Source: a virus
Taxonomy: Duplodnaviria; Caudoviricetes
DNA length: 39,388 nt
IMG/VR virus record: IMGVR_UViG_3300020045_006357
Span: 1 to 39,388 of that record
Strand: one strand, 5' to 3'
Each line of letters begins with the position of its first letter. Position 1 is the stretch's first letter. The notes under the pieces were generated by a model. It was not told the origin of the DNA, did not search any database, and saw nothing but the letters and a program-made list of their open reading frames with translations. Both the position numbers and the translations under genes were made by a program. Shown in pieces: positions 1 to 9,818 of this stretch.

Positions 1-81
1 AATCTCGACCGCCGGATGGTAGGGGTAATCCAGCATACAGGCAATGGCTGAGAATTAATGGCCAACACACACCGAGCAATT

Positions 82-270
82 ATGAGCGCAAGAAACGACA
101 TCACTGGAGACGCTATCCAATCCAAGGCGCTATCGAAACAGGGCCGCGAGAATTACGACAGGATCTTCCGCAAGCCTCGCCCCGTTCCGCTCACGGTCCG
201 CCCGAAATGCCACCGCGCCCGAAGCCTTGAGGATGCCGTAAAAATCTGCCGGAAGTGCCGCCAATGCTAG
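82..270 (+). CDS. Small hypothetical phage protein (NDITGD...NYDRIF type)
   Basis: ORF 58..270, ATG at 82 preferred; motif resembles small proteins I recall from aquatic phages. Confidence 0.55.
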   Translation: MSARNDITGDAIQSKALSKQGRENYDRIFRKPRPVPLTVRPKCHRARSLEDAVKICRKCRQC

Positions 271-2054
271 AACTCGCCTCATTCCGCGAAGCTATCGCCC
301 CACGTTCCGACATGCACCCGGCTGACTGGGGTGCTGAACACGTTTACCTTGAGGGTTCCGAGCTTTCCTCAAAATTCGATCCCGAGCAATTCCGATGGTG
401 GCGGAAGCCGATGGGGCATTACGCTGATTATTCCACCCGGCACATGGTTTGCATCTTTCCCCCAGGCTTTGGTAAATCAGCGTTCTTTGAAACGATTTCA
501 TGCTGGATCGTCTCCGAGAATCCGGGGCCAACCCTCTACATCACGCAGACAAACCCAACTGCCGAGCAATGGCTGGAAACTCGCGCCAAGAAATCATTCG
601 GAAAGTGCAAGCCGCTCAAAAGCCTCTGGCCACTCAACGAGCGAAACGCATTCCGAAAAGACGCGATGATCTGGCCGCACATGTTCTTTTTGGCTGGCGG
701 CGCGAACGGCGCGAATCTCCAAGAAGTATCCATCCAGCACGGGCTAGGCGATGAGGCGTGGGCATGGAAACACGGGCTTGTCCGCGAGTGGCTAGCTCGA
801 TCGCACAACCGGGAGAATCGGAAATTCATCCTTTGCTCGCAAGCTGGATGGATCGTCTCAGAAGATGGCGTCGGTCAGACTTCCGAGTTGCACCTAGAGC
901 ACGATAAATGCCGGAAGTGGGAATTCGGCTGGCGCTGCCCGTCGTGCGGGATCGCTCATCCCTTCACCTTTGAGCAACTGAAATTCGACGAGCGCGCCGA
1001 CGACCAGGCGACGGCAGACACCGCCCGCCGCGCCTGCCCGGCATGCGCCATGGAATACGAGGATACCCCCGCCGTGCGCCGCGCCCTCCACGACTCGCTC
1101 AAAGAGGATGACGGCTATCTACTGGCGTCGGATGAGGGGTTGCGCGGCTACGAGGGCTTCCACGTCGATTACGGGGCAAACTGGCGGATTGCGTGGGGAG
1201 TCGATGTCATGCAAAAGCTCGGCGCGGACCGGCAGAACGCGCTCGGTGACGACACGCTGCTGCGGGCGTGGTGGCAGAAAAACCGAGCGATCGGGTGGAG
1301 TGATCAGAACTCAATCCAGAAAATCGAGCTAAGGCGGAGCGGCTACACAGAGGGCGATTACGCCGAGGCGCGTAAGATCGATGGGGAGCAATGCCGGTTC
1401 CTCACCGCTGACGCCGGGCTAGATCACTGGTGGGTCGTCATTCGGGCATGGGCGACGGGCGGCGCGTCAAAGCTGCTGTTTTTCGGCTACGTCGGGCGCG
1501 AATCAGAATTGCGGGACCTTGAGGAAAAATATGCCGTCCCGAAAAACTGCTGCTTCATGGATGTCGGATACCAGCAAACCGAGATTGCCGAAGTCGTGGC
1601 AAGACTCGGATGGAGGGGCGTCAAGGGAAAATCCGATACCGGCGAGAACATCACGCATCTGTTTGACTGGGAAATCAAAACCGGGCCAAACGCCGGGAAA
1701 ATGGAGCAGCGGCTATTTTCCAAGCGGAAAATCACCAAGTCCAAATCCGGCAAGGCCATCGAGTATTTCCACGTTTCGACCGAGCGGCTGCAATACATCC
1801 TGCAACGACTGATTGACGGCGAGGGCGCGGAGTGGCTGACCTATGACGACGCCCCACCAAGCTACGGGAAGCACCTCAACGGCGAGCGTCTAGCGACGGT
1901 TAAAAACTCCCGAGGGCGGGACGTAAAAAAATGGAAGCGCCACGGGGCGAATCATGGGCGCGATGGTGAACTCTACAGTCTGGCATGCGCCTTCATGTTC
2001 AAGGTGTTCCGCCCCGCCGCAGAAGACCTAGCCCCGCCCGAAACGCGGGATTGA
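255..2054 (+). CDS. terL: Terminase large subunit, lambda GpA-like
   Basis: 599 aa; Walker A-like PPGFGKS, Walker B GLGDE, CPSC...CPAC Zn site, nuclease LTADAG and NHGRDGELY; alternative ATG at 264. Confidence 0.93.
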   Translation: MPPMLELASFREAIAPRSDMHPADWGAEHVYLEGSELSSKFDPEQFRWWRKPMGHYADYSTRHMVCIFPPGFGKSAFFETISCWIVSENPGPTLYITQTNPTAEQWLETRAKKSFGKCKPLKSLWPLNERNAFRKDAMIWPHMFFLAGGANGANLQEVSIQHGLGDEAWAWKHGLVREWLARSHNRENRKFILCSQAGWIVSEDGVGQTSELHLEHDKCRKWEFGWRCPSCGIAHPFTFEQLKFDERADDQATADTARRACPACAMEYEDTPAVRRALHDSLKEDDGYLLASDEGLRGYEGFHVDYGANWRIAWGVDVMQKLGADRQNALGDDTLLRAWWQKNRAIGWSDQNSIQKIELRRSGYTEGDYAEARKIDGEQCRFLTADAGLDHWWVVIRAWATGGASKLLFFGYVGRESELRDLEEKYAVPKNCCFMDVGYQQTEIAEVVARLGWRGVKGKSDTGENITHLFDWEIKTGPNAGKMEQRLFSKRKITKSKSGKAIEYFHVSTERLQYILQRLIDGEGAEWLTYDDAPPSYGKHLNGERLATVKNSRGRDVKKWKRHGANHGRDGELYSLACAFMFKVFRPAAEDLAPPETRD

Positions 2055-2074
2055 CATTGCGGGGTGGTCCCGCA
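2051..2074 (+). promoter_or_regulatory. Late promoter/operator motif copy 1 (TTGACA-TTGCG-N9-CGCA)
   Basis: TTGACATTGCGGGGTGGTCCCGCA; starts 35 nt before ATG 2086. Confidence 0.75.
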
Positions 2075-2085
2075 TTGCGGCGCAA

Positions 2086-2361
2086 ATGTCGCCCCGCCTA
2101 CAAGCTAAAGCCAGTTTTGATACGGCAAAAGGAAATCCCGTGGCAATCAAGGCGCTAAGGGATGCGCGAGACGCGCTCCACGCCAGCATCATCGCCGGGA
2201 CCGCGGTCATGATCACCGGCAGCACCGTGAACGGGCAGGGCTTCACCGCGGCAAAGCCTGAAAATTCACCGAGCGATCGACTGATAATCATGAACATGGC
2301 GCTCCAAATGATTGAGCATGGACAGTCAGCTCCAGCTCGCACCGTGGGGAGGTTCCTCTAA
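2086..2361 (+). CDS. Head-tail joining protein (gpW position)
   Basis: 91 aa between terL and portal, lambda synteny. Confidence 0.6.
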   Translation: MSPRLQAKASFDTAKGNPVAIKALRDARDALHASIIAGTAVMITGSTVNGQGFTAAKPENSPSDRLIIMNMALQMIEHGQSAPARTVGRFL

Positions 2362-3830
2362 TGGCCCTCGTTGACCAGTGGGGAAACCCTCAGAGCTACA
2401 GCGGCAGCCGCCGCCCGGCACGTTCCGCGAACCTTGGCGGTGGCGATCGTCCCAGCGAATCATGGAACATCCGCGACGTTTCCAAGGCGGTGCCGCGCAT
2501 GGATCGGCGCATGATGGCTTCCGCATCGAAGACGCTCTACCTGAATTCCCAAATCCTGATTGGTGCGATCGACCAGAAGGCAATGTATTCGGTCGGCAAC
2601 GCATGGCTCCCGGTCTATCGAGGTCGTGACTCCAAATTCGGCGAGGCCGCAAAGGATTTCTTGGAGGGCGAGTGGTATGATATTTGTAACATCCAAGGCG
2701 GGCAGAACGACTTCGTTTCAGACCTTTACGTCGATTCCGTGGCAATGGACCGGGACGGGGAAATTTTCGAGTATTCCACCGCCACGCCGAACGGTTATCC
2801 ACAGATTCAGGTGATCCCGAGTCACCGGATCGACGCCGGGGGATTGCCTGAAGGCCAACTGCGCACGGGTCGATATTCCGGCAGCCAGTTCGTCCACGAG
2901 GACGGAATCATCTATTGGAAAGAAGGCGGGGCCGCGGTCGCCTACTCGTTTTGCGATGCTGAGGGACGCCACGAGAAATTCATCGATGCTGCGTTCATCA
3001 AGCACGTTTTCGACAAGGCGTGGCCTGAGCAGAAACGCGGTCTCCCGTTGTTCTATCACTCGCTTAACGGGTTGCGCGACATCCTTCAAAGCGAGGAATG
3101 GGAGCGGTTCAACCTGCTTTCGATGTCGCGGCTCAACTACACCGTCCACAATGAGACGGGCGGGCCAGATACTGAAGAACCTGGCTACGTCCCGCCAGTG
3201 GATTGCGACAAAATGGCTGTCGAATATCTCCAAGGCGGGCAGATCATGTATGCCAAGGCGGGCGCGGGCGAGAAGATCGAGCAGCACGCCAACTTCCGAC
3301 CCGGCAACCCATGGCACGAGTTTTACGACATGCAGGCGCGCGCCGCGCTCGTCGGGATCAACTGGCCCATGAGTCTCTGGAAGCCATCCGGCCAAGGCAC
3401 CGCCGAGCGCAGCCAGATCGGACTAGCCGTCCGCTCCGTGGATGATCGGCAGACGCTTTTGTCGAAAATCGCAAAGTGGCGGGTTACGAAAGCTGTCGCA
3501 TGGGGGATGGATAACGGAAGAATTCCGAAATCCGCCGACTGGTGGAACTGGGGGTTCACGAAGCCGCCCAAACTCACGATTGACGACGGCAGAAGCTCCA
3601 AGGAGAAGCTCGAAAAGTTCCGCGCCGGCATCCTCAACCAGACCGATCTAATCGGCGAAGAGGGCATGTCATTCGCTGACCAGCTCGCAATCCGCGGCGA
3701 GGAAATCGCGGCCCGCGCCATGAACCGCAAAGCGATGGAAGAGAAATACAAAATCGAAATCGACCCGCGCGAATATCTCATGATGACGCCGAACGAACAG
3801 CAACCTCAGAAAAAGAAAACCGACCCATGA
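2361..3830 (+). CDS. Portal protein, lambda family
   Basis: 489 aa; DGEIF, IQVIPSHRI, EQKRGLP motifs typical of lambda gpB-like portals; synteny. Confidence 0.9.
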   Translation: MALVDQWGNPQSYSGSRRPARSANLGGGDRPSESWNIRDVSKAVPRMDRRMMASASKTLYLNSQILIGAIDQKAMYSVGNAWLPVYRGRDSKFGEAAKDFLEGEWYDICNIQGGQNDFVSDLYVDSVAMDRDGEIFEYSTATPNGYPQIQVIPSHRIDAGGLPEGQLRTGRYSGSQFVHEDGIIYWKEGGAAVAYSFCDAEGRHEKFIDAAFIKHVFDKAWPEQKRGLPLFYHSLNGLRDILQSEEWERFNLLSMSRLNYTVHNETGGPDTEEPGYVPPVDCDKMAVEYLQGGQIMYAKAGAGEKIEQHANFRPGNPWHEFYDMQARAALVGINWPMSLWKPSGQGTAERSQIGLAVRSVDDRQTLLSKIAKWRVTKAVAWGMDNGRIPKSADWWNWGFTKPPKLTIDDGRSSKEKLEKFRAGILNQTDLIGEEGMSFADQLAIRGEEIAARAMNRKAMEEKYKIEIDPREYLMMTPNEQQPQKKKTDP

Positions 3831-4687
3831 AGACGATCACCCCATCAACATCACAGCTCCGAATCCTCGCAAGCCTCCGTTCTGAGCGGTGGATGATTCG
3901 CCCGGAAGCTGTCCAGGATTATGCGCTATCAGCAATGGACGCTGCGGAAAAGGGTGACTCTCAGCGGGCGGATTCGTATTGGGAGGACTACTACACACTC
4001 CGCAAAGCCGCGTTCGTCGACAACCGCGGAATCGCTCACATCGAGATCCGCGGAGCCGTGATGAATAAAGCCCCATCGCTCTACGAAAAGATCGGCATCG
4101 CAACCCGATACAAAACGATCATCGCTGAAACCAAAGGGGCGAAAGCGCAGGGAGCAAAGGCGATTCTCTATCACGTCGATTCTCCCGGCGGGACAGTTTC
4201 CGGAGTTTCCGAGGCCGGCGAGTCTATCGCGAACGCGGGAATCCCAACCTTGGCGCACTGCTCGGGGTTGGCGTGCTCCGCCGCCTATTGGCTTTCCGCT
4301 GGCATGGGGCAGATTATTGCCGATCCATCTGCTATTATCGGCAATATCGGGGCGATCATCTCATGGGCTGACTGCACGGCGTTCTGGCGAGAAAAGGGAG
4401 TTGAGTTCAAGGCTCTCGTTAGTGAGGGCGCGGACCTGAAAAGCACGTTTCACTTGGAGCCGAACGAGGCGCAGATTGCATTCCTGCAAGAGTCGATTGA
4501 CGAGGCGGGCGAGGCATTCCGCGGGCATGTCGCGCAAGGGCGGGCCGCAGCCGGCGCGGAGCTGAGCGCGGAGATTTGGCGGGCAGGGTGGTATTCTGGA
4601 TCCAAGGCGGGCGCGCTCGGTCTAATCGATGGGATCGGCGATGCTGACGAGGCCGCGGACTACCTGATTCAGTCCATTAAAAAATAA
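3827..4687 (+). CDS. Prohead protease, S49 (SppA/gpC-like)
   Basis: VDSPGG, ACSAAYWL, IGNIG, GLIDGI motifs. Confidence 0.92.
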   Translation: MKTITPSTSQLRILASLRSERWMIRPEAVQDYALSAMDAAEKGDSQRADSYWEDYYTLRKAAFVDNRGIAHIEIRGAVMNKAPSLYEKIGIATRYKTIIAETKGAKAQGAKAILYHVDSPGGTVSGVSEAGESIANAGIPTLAHCSGLACSAAYWLSAGMGQIIADPSAIIGNIGAIISWADCTAFWREKGVEFKALVSEGADLKSTFHLEPNEAQIAFLQESIDEAGEAFRGHVAQGRAAAGAELSAEIWRAGWYSGSKAGALGLIDGIGDADEAADYLIQSIKK

Positions 4688-4689
4688 AC

Positions 4690-4713
4690 TTGCCATTGCG
4701 ATAACGTAACGCA
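4690..4713 (+). promoter_or_regulatory. Late promoter/operator motif copy 2 (TTGCCA-TTGCG-N9-CGCA)
   Basis: TTGCCATTGCGATAACGTAACGCA; starts 34 nt before ATG 4724. Confidence 0.7.
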
Positions 4714-4723
4714 CGAAACCGCC

Positions 4724-5152
4724 ATGACGATTTTCAAGTCTGCAAAAGTAACCGAGCTGGAAGAGCGCGTCACCGCTCTCGAAGCTGACAACGCGAAGCT
4801 GACTGCTGATCTAGCGGCTGCCGGCGAAGTCTCCGCTGATCAGTCCGCGAACCTCGCCCGCATTGCCGAACTGGAAACGGCAAATGCCGAGATTCCAGTG
4901 TTGAATCAGGCCATCGCCGATCATGTCGCCACCATCGGCACGCAGGCCGCGGAAATCGCAACGCTCACCGCGTCCAACGTGGTGACCGCCGCGAAGATTA
5001 GCGAGCAAGCTGCGATCATGCTTGCCGCGAACGGTCACGGCGCGCCGCTGAACCTTTCCGGCGAAAAGCCGGATGGCGAAAGTAAAACCGAGATCAAGAA
5101 TCTCACCGGCTTCGCCAAAGCTTCCGCCGCCTTCGCCTCCAAGAAAGCATAA
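4724..5152 (+). CDS. Putative scaffolding protein
   Basis: 142 aa Ala/Glu-rich coiled coil between protease and capsid. Confidence 0.65.
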   Translation: MTIFKSAKVTELEERVTALEADNAKLTADLAAAGEVSADQSANLARIAELETANAEIPVLNQAIADHVATIGTQAAEIATLTASNVVTAAKISEQAAIMLAANGHGAPLNLSGEKPDGESKTEIKNLTGFAKASAAFASKKA

Positions 5153-5176
5153 TTTCAAAACTAGCAAAACATCACC

Positions 5177-6130
5177 ATGCCCAACATCACACTGCTCGAC
5201 GTTGCAAAACTGAACGGTAACGACGCCGTTGTCGGACTCATCGAAGAGTCGATTTCCGCCACTCCTGAAATGGCGCTGTTCCCCGTTCGCCCCGTGAAGG
5301 GCACCGGCTTCAAGACGCTCGTCCGCACTGGTCTACCAACCGTGGACTTCATCGCCGCATCCCAAGGTATCCCCGGTAGCAAGTCCACGTTCGATAACAA
5401 GCACTTTGACTGCTCGGTTCTCGGTGGCCGCATCGAAGTTTGGAAATCCGTTCTGGACGCCCCGGAAAACGGCCCAGCAGAAGACATCAAAGCCAACGAG
5501 GCTACCGGCGTTATGGAGGCGGCGCTCCGCAAGGTTGGCACCCAAATCTTCTATGGCAAGACCGCTCTTGGCTCCGCCGCTGGCTTCCCCGGTCTCGTTT
5601 CCTTTGTGGATTCCGGCATGATCAAGGACGCTACCGGCACCACGAACAACACCGCTTCTTCGGTATACTTTGTGAAGTTCGGACCGCGTGACGTCACGCT
5701 TGTCATGGGGCTCAACGCCACCATGGAGCTTGGCGATTTCCGGGTTGAGTCACTGACTGACAGCGCGGGCAACAAAGGCCCCGGCGAAGTTGCTGACCTC
5801 GCCTCGTGGATTGGGTTGCAGCAAGCCAGCAAGAACAGCGTCGTTCGCATCAAAAACGTCACTGCCGATTCCGGCAAGGGCGTGACCGACGCGCTGATTG
5901 CCGCCGCCCTCGATCTCTTCCCCGCGGGAGTCAAGCCGGACGCCATCTTTATGAGCCGCCGGAGCCGCACACAGCTGCAAACGTCCCGCTCCGCGGTCGC
6001 TACGCTCGCGCTTACCGGCAAGACCGGCCAAGCGGGCGGCGGCGCAGTCCACGCTCCAACCCCGACCGACTACGAAGGTATCCCCATCGTCGCCACCGAC
6101 TCCATCGTCAACACCGAACCCGTCGCCTAA
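5177..6130 (+). CDS. Major capsid protein
   Basis: 317 aa; TLLDVAK start, GFPGL, YEGIPIVATDSIVNTE C-terminus typical of HK97-fold capsids; strong codon bias. Confidence 0.9.
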   Translation: MPNITLLDVAKLNGNDAVVGLIEESISATPEMALFPVRPVKGTGFKTLVRTGLPTVDFIAASQGIPGSKSTFDNKHFDCSVLGGRIEVWKSVLDAPENGPAEDIKANEATGVMEAALRKVGTQIFYGKTALGSAAGFPGLVSFVDSGMIKDATGTTNNTASSVYFVKFGPRDVTLVMGLNATMELGDFRVESLTDSAGNKGPGEVADLASWIGLQQASKNSVVRIKNVTADSGKGVTDALIAAALDLFPAGVKPDAIFMSRRSRTQLQTSRSAVATLALTGKTGQAGGGAVHAPTPTDYEGIPIVATDSIVNTEPVA

Positions 6131-6157
6131 TTTCGGGCACTCCACCAAATCACCATC

Positions 6158-6580
6158 ATGGCTAACGAATTCGCACGAAACGTTCAAGACTTCGCGGTAA
6201 ACCCTGCCGCATTCGCGATGGGCGCTGCCTCCGCATCCACTACCAGCGCTGCAATTGATTTGCAGACAGCCGCCGGCAACAACTTCCGCCCAGAGAATAT
6301 TGAGTTTGAGTTGTCGATCCCCGCTCTCGCCACCGGCATCATTCCTGACGCTTCCGTCGTCAGTCTGATTTTGGAAACCTCGACAACCTCCGTATTCACC
6401 GCCATCACCGGAACCTACACCGAAACCGTCACTGGCGCGGGCGGAGTTGGCACGGGGGCGACCGTTGCTCGGTTCAAGATCCCGTCGAACGCCCCCCGCT
6501 ACGTTCGATTCAAGACGACCCGCGGCGCAGGCGGGACCACTGCCGCGGGCGTCAACTCCACCGGCGCCGTCCGCTTCTAA
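6158..6580 (+). CDS. Putative capsid cement/decoration protein
   Basis: 140 aa beta-rich Thr/Ala/Gly protein after MCP, with SAAIDL and PRYVRF motifs. Confidence 0.6.
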   Translation: MANEFARNVQDFAVNPAAFAMGAASASTTSAAIDLQTAAGNNFRPENIEFELSIPALATGIIPDASVVSLILETSTTSVFTAITGTYTETVTGAGGVGTGATVARFKIPSNAPRYVRFKTTRGAGGTTAAGVNSTGAVRF

Positions 6581-6609
6581 TTCTCATTGGTTGGTTTGTT
6601 CATCGGTTC

Positions 6610-6647
6610 CCCGCCGTCTGAGAAATCGGGCGGCGGGTTTCTTTTTT
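6610..6647 (+). terminator. Rho-independent terminator after capsid genes
   Basis: CCCGCCGTCTGA-GAAA-TCGGGCGGCGGG followed by TTTCTTTTTT. Confidence 0.85.
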
Positions 6648-6652
6648 AAGTC

Positions 6653-7003
6653 ATGGCATCCCCACTCCAAGCATTCACGCAAGCGGCTTTCGGCCTCGCA
6701 AAATCGATCATCGGCACCGAGTCGATCACCATCGGCGGCGGAACTCCGATTTCCGGCATCGAAAGCGAAGCGAGTTTTTCGCGCAACTACGAGGCGGGCG
6801 GATTCGAGCGCTCTGGGTCGCTGGAATTCGTGATTGATTCGCTGGCGTTCATCGCCGCCTATCCGCTGGCGCTGGAATCCTACGAGGGAAAAAGGGTAGC
6901 GGCTCGCGGCGCAACATGGCGGGTCGGATCAATCAAGGGCGGCGGCAGGACGGCTGGCCAGTTCGTGACAATTTCGCTTATCACTGAGAACAAATCCGCA
7001 TGA
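6653..7003 (+). CDS. Head-tail adaptor/closure protein (gpFII-like position)
   Basis: 116 aa, synteny, beta-rich pattern. Confidence 0.55.
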   Translation: MASPLQAFTQAAFGLAKSIIGTESITIGGGTPISGIESEASFSRNYEAGGFERSGSLEFVIDSLAFIAAYPLALESYEGKRVAARGATWRVGSIKGGGRTAGQFVTISLITENKSA

Positions 7004-7728
7004 TTTCGGCCGATTTCGACCTGAAGAAACTTGCCGCGGATATTGCCCGTGTCTCGAATGATTTCGGCGAGATGAATCAAACCGGCATTGCTCGCTGGGG
7101 GGTCTCGGCGTGCAGGCGGCTAACGATAGAAACGCAGGTTTGGGGCGATGGCGAAAAAGCCAAAGAAAAGCAAAAGCTGGCAATGCTGGCGGATGCTAAC
7201 CGGGTCGTCGCAATCGCCTCCAACGCGAAAGAAGCCAAGCTTTTCAATTCCGGCGTGAACGGGAAGCGGAAGGTCCTGAAGACTCCAGCAGAGGTAAACG
7301 CATGGATCGAAAGCCGGCGCAAGGGGAGCAAGAAGCGCACGTTCAAGATTCTCGGGAAAAACAAGGCGATCACCACTCGCCGAACGTTCGATTCCGCCAT
7401 GGGTCAGCGATTCAAGCGAATCTGGAAGGGCAAGGGTGGATGGATCGGAGCGGGCCAAGGAATCGCAAAATTTCAGAAAGCCGGGTCACGCCTGAACATC
7501 GGGAAAAACTTCGCCGGAGCCGCACACAAGTGGAAGGCGGGCGGCAGGGCATCCATGAGGAAATCAACATGGGATCCCGCCGGCACGATCGAGAATCTTT
7601 ATGAGCATGTCGCGACATCCTACGTGCTCAGTAAGGGAGCGCTCGACAAGGCGATCAAAGACGGCGGCGAAAACACCGTCAAATGGTATGAAAAAGCGAT
7701 GCAGGGGAGACTCAACAAACGGAAATAA
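7000..7728 (+). CDS. Basic neck/tail-completion protein
   Basis: 242 aa Lys/Arg-rich, ATGA-coupled, synteny. Confidence 0.5.
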   Translation: MISADFDLKKLAADIARVSNDFGEMNQTGIARWGVSACRRLTIETQVWGDGEKAKEKQKLAMLADANRVVAIASNAKEAKLFNSGVNGKRKVLKTPAEVNAWIESRRKGSKKRTFKILGKNKAITTRRTFDSAMGQRFKRIWKGKGGWIGAGQGIAKFQKAGSRLNIGKNFAGAAHKWKAGGRASMRKSTWDPAGTIENLYEHVATSYVLSKGALDKAIKDGGENTVKWYEKAMQGRLNKRK

Positions 7729-8177
7729 TGATCACTGACAAAACACTAGATGCGTGGAAAAGCTGGCTGGAAACATCGATTGCCGCGGATGAGGATTCAA
7801 TCCTTGCTGACATTCCGATTCAGATGCGCGATTCCGAAGAGGTGAAGACCTATCCGGGCATCTACATCGAAGAAGGCGGAAAGCCCCAGAGGATCACCCC
7901 TGGCGGCGTTATGGATGGTAATTCTTGGCTTGTGGAGATCATCACAAAGCTCGTCACCACCCCCGGCGATGACGATCAGGCAGCGACATCGAAACTGGAG
8001 CACGACGCGATGAGAGACGCGCTGTCGCCGCATATCAGCAGCGCTGACGCCAAGGCGCATATTGACGCCGCCGATGATATTGCGTGTCACCAGCTCGATT
8101 ATTCGCAACCGGAAACCACAGAGGCTGACGGCTATCGGGTCACCTCGTGGTCATGCGAGGCGGTGGTTTGCGGATGA
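7728..8177 (+). CDS. Putative tail terminator protein
   Basis: 149 aa acidic, YPGIYI motif, directly before tail tube gene. Confidence 0.55.
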   Translation: MITDKTLDAWKSWLETSIAADEDSILADIPIQMRDSEEVKTYPGIYIEEGGKPQRITPGGVMDGNSWLVEIITKLVTTPGDDDQAATSKLEHDAMRDALSPHISSADAKAHIDAADDIACHQLDYSQPETTEADGYRVTSWSCEAVVCG

Positions 8178-8189
8178 CGATTTCCGGCG

Positions 8190-8213
8190 TTGACATTGCG
8201 GGCGGGTGCCGCA
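8190..8213 (+). promoter_or_regulatory. Late promoter/operator motif copy 3
   Basis: TTGACATTGCGGGCGGGTGCCGCA; starts 36 nt before ATG 8226. Confidence 0.75.
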
Positions 8214-8225
8214 TTCCGCTGACAA

Positions 8226-8654
8226 ATGAGCGCTCGAAATTTCTCCGCTGCCATGTATGGCGCTGCCGACGACGACACCGCCACCGGACTCTACATCGGT
8301 GAAATCAGCTACTCCTACGAAGTGGACAAAGTGGACCTGAAGAACCACATCGGGTCCACGGTCGGCTTCACTCTCGCAGATGACCGGACCACGGTCAAAT
8401 TGTCTGGCGCGATCGTCACGAAAACCGCCGGCATGACTGGTGCCGTTGCATCTGTGCTCACCCTCGCGAACACCGCCGCCAACTCGCTGACGCTGACCAC
8501 CAAGGGCATCTTCTCAACGCCCGTGGCAAACGCCGGAATCGTTGTCATTGGCGCGAGCATGAAGCGGGCAAACTCCGAATATGAGACCGGCGACCTTGAT
8601 GCGGTTTACCACCCAGGGGTTTCCACAAGCTCCCCTGTTTCCATCACTGACTAA
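8226..8654 (+). CDS. Major tail tube protein (putative)
   Basis: 142 aa Thr/Ala/Gly-rich, own promoter, upstream of chaperone and tape measure. Confidence 0.65.
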   Translation: MSARNFSAAMYGAADDDTATGLYIGEISYSYEVDKVDLKNHIGSTVGFTLADDRTTVKLSGAIVTKTAGMTGAVASVLTLANTAANSLTLTTKGIFSTPVANAGIVVIGASMKRANSEYETGDLDAVYHPGVSTSSPVSITD

Positions 8655-8671
8655 CATCCGCACCATGACAA

Positions 8672-9232
8672 ATGACATTTCAAACGACATCCACCCATCG
8701 CACGGGCGACATTAACTTTTTCTCCGCGTGCATGGCAATCGGCATCGCGCCGTGCTTTCCCGAGCCCGCGGAAGTCATGCAGAATGACGACGGGCGGGAC
8801 TATCTGTCATTCCGTCTCAACTCGAAATCCGAGTGCGGGCTGCACGACACGCGGGAGATGAATCAGGCGTGGACCTACCCGAAGGCGTTCGCCGCCGAGA
8901 ATCCGCATCACCCGTTCTCGATTGTAATGGATTTTTCTAAATCCGCCAAGGGCGCGAGGACCAAGGACGAGTGGATCGAGAAGGCCGCGGCATTCCTGCT
9001 GATTTCTCGCGATGCTGTCCGCAAGGCCATCAAGGATATCTCCACGCTTGAGTCTGCCGCGCCAGAGTCGCCGTTGACCTACGTCGTCTGCTTCGTCGTC
9101 AACCGCATGGCAGCGATCCAATGGGCGAAGTCAGCGGTCCCGAAAACCGTCGTGAATAAGGGTCCGTCAATCGTGATGATGGACGGCAAGCTGCCTATCC
9201 GCAAACAGCGGGAAATCATTTCCTACCTATGA
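8672..9232 (+). CDS. Hypothetical protein in tail module
   Basis: 186 aa ORF in operon context. Confidence 0.6.
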   Translation: MTFQTTSTHRTGDINFFSACMAIGIAPCFPEPAEVMQNDDGRDYLSFRLNSKSECGLHDTREMNQAWTYPKAFAAENPHHPFSIVMDFSKSAKGARTKDEWIEKAAAFLLISRDAVRKAIKDISTLESAAPESPLTYVVCFVVNRMAAIQWAKSAVPKTVVNKGPSIVMMDGKLPIRKQREIISYL

Positions 9233-9417
9233 AACCAGAAGAAAAAACAATCGAACTCGCCGCGGTAATCGCAGCGCTATTTATCAATCCAGCGGTCGCT
9301 ATGTGGCTTTGGAATTGGGTTGGCCCGCAGATTTTCGAAGTCGCCCCACAGGTTGGTTACTGGCAGTCGTTTGCCGTAATGATTATCTGCGGAATTCTTT
9401 TCAAGCCCTCAAAATGA
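9229..9417 (+). CDS. Small two-TM membrane protein
   Basis: 62 aa hydrophobic, MWLWNW and GYWQSF motifs; ATGA-coupled at both ends. Confidence 0.6.
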   Translation: MKPEEKTIELAAVIAALFINPAVAMWLWNWVGPQIFEVAPQVGYWQSFAVMIICGILFKPSK

Positions 9418-9818
9418 AAAAGAAAATCACACTCGAACGCGCCCAATCCGCGAGCGTCACCGCAACCACGAAAACCATCGCTGGGCACAAGGTCTGGCCG
9501 GTCACTCATGGCCATATCATCTGGCTGCGGGACATTCGCAAAAACAAGATCATCTGCGGCAAGGCTGAGGATGATTTCGCGATGGCGGAAATCTGCTACG
9601 CCTTCACTCAAGCGCCACTCCCCTTGCAGCGCATCGTCGGCACAAAGGCAAAAACCGCGGTCGAAACATTGCTCATTGAAAGCACGCCCGCCGCGCTCAT
9701 CTCGCTTTTCACCTACGCCTCCGAGCAGCTTGAAATCTACCTGAAAACTCTCACCGCGCCAAAAAAACAGCCGGCAGAGGCAAGCCGCAAGCCTGCTGCC
9801 CGTGTTCGGAAGCGGTAA
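9414..9818 (+). CDS. Tail assembly chaperone (gpG-like)
   Basis: ATG 9414 in ORF 9303..9818; contains slippery A AAA AAA at 9761-9767. Confidence 0.75.
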   Translation: MKKKITLERAQSASVTATTKTIAGHKVWPVTHGHIIWLRDIRKNKIICGKAEDDFAMAEICYAFTQAPLPLQRIVGTKAKTAVETLLIESTPAALISLFTYASEQLEIYLKTLTAPKKQPAEASRKPAARVRKR

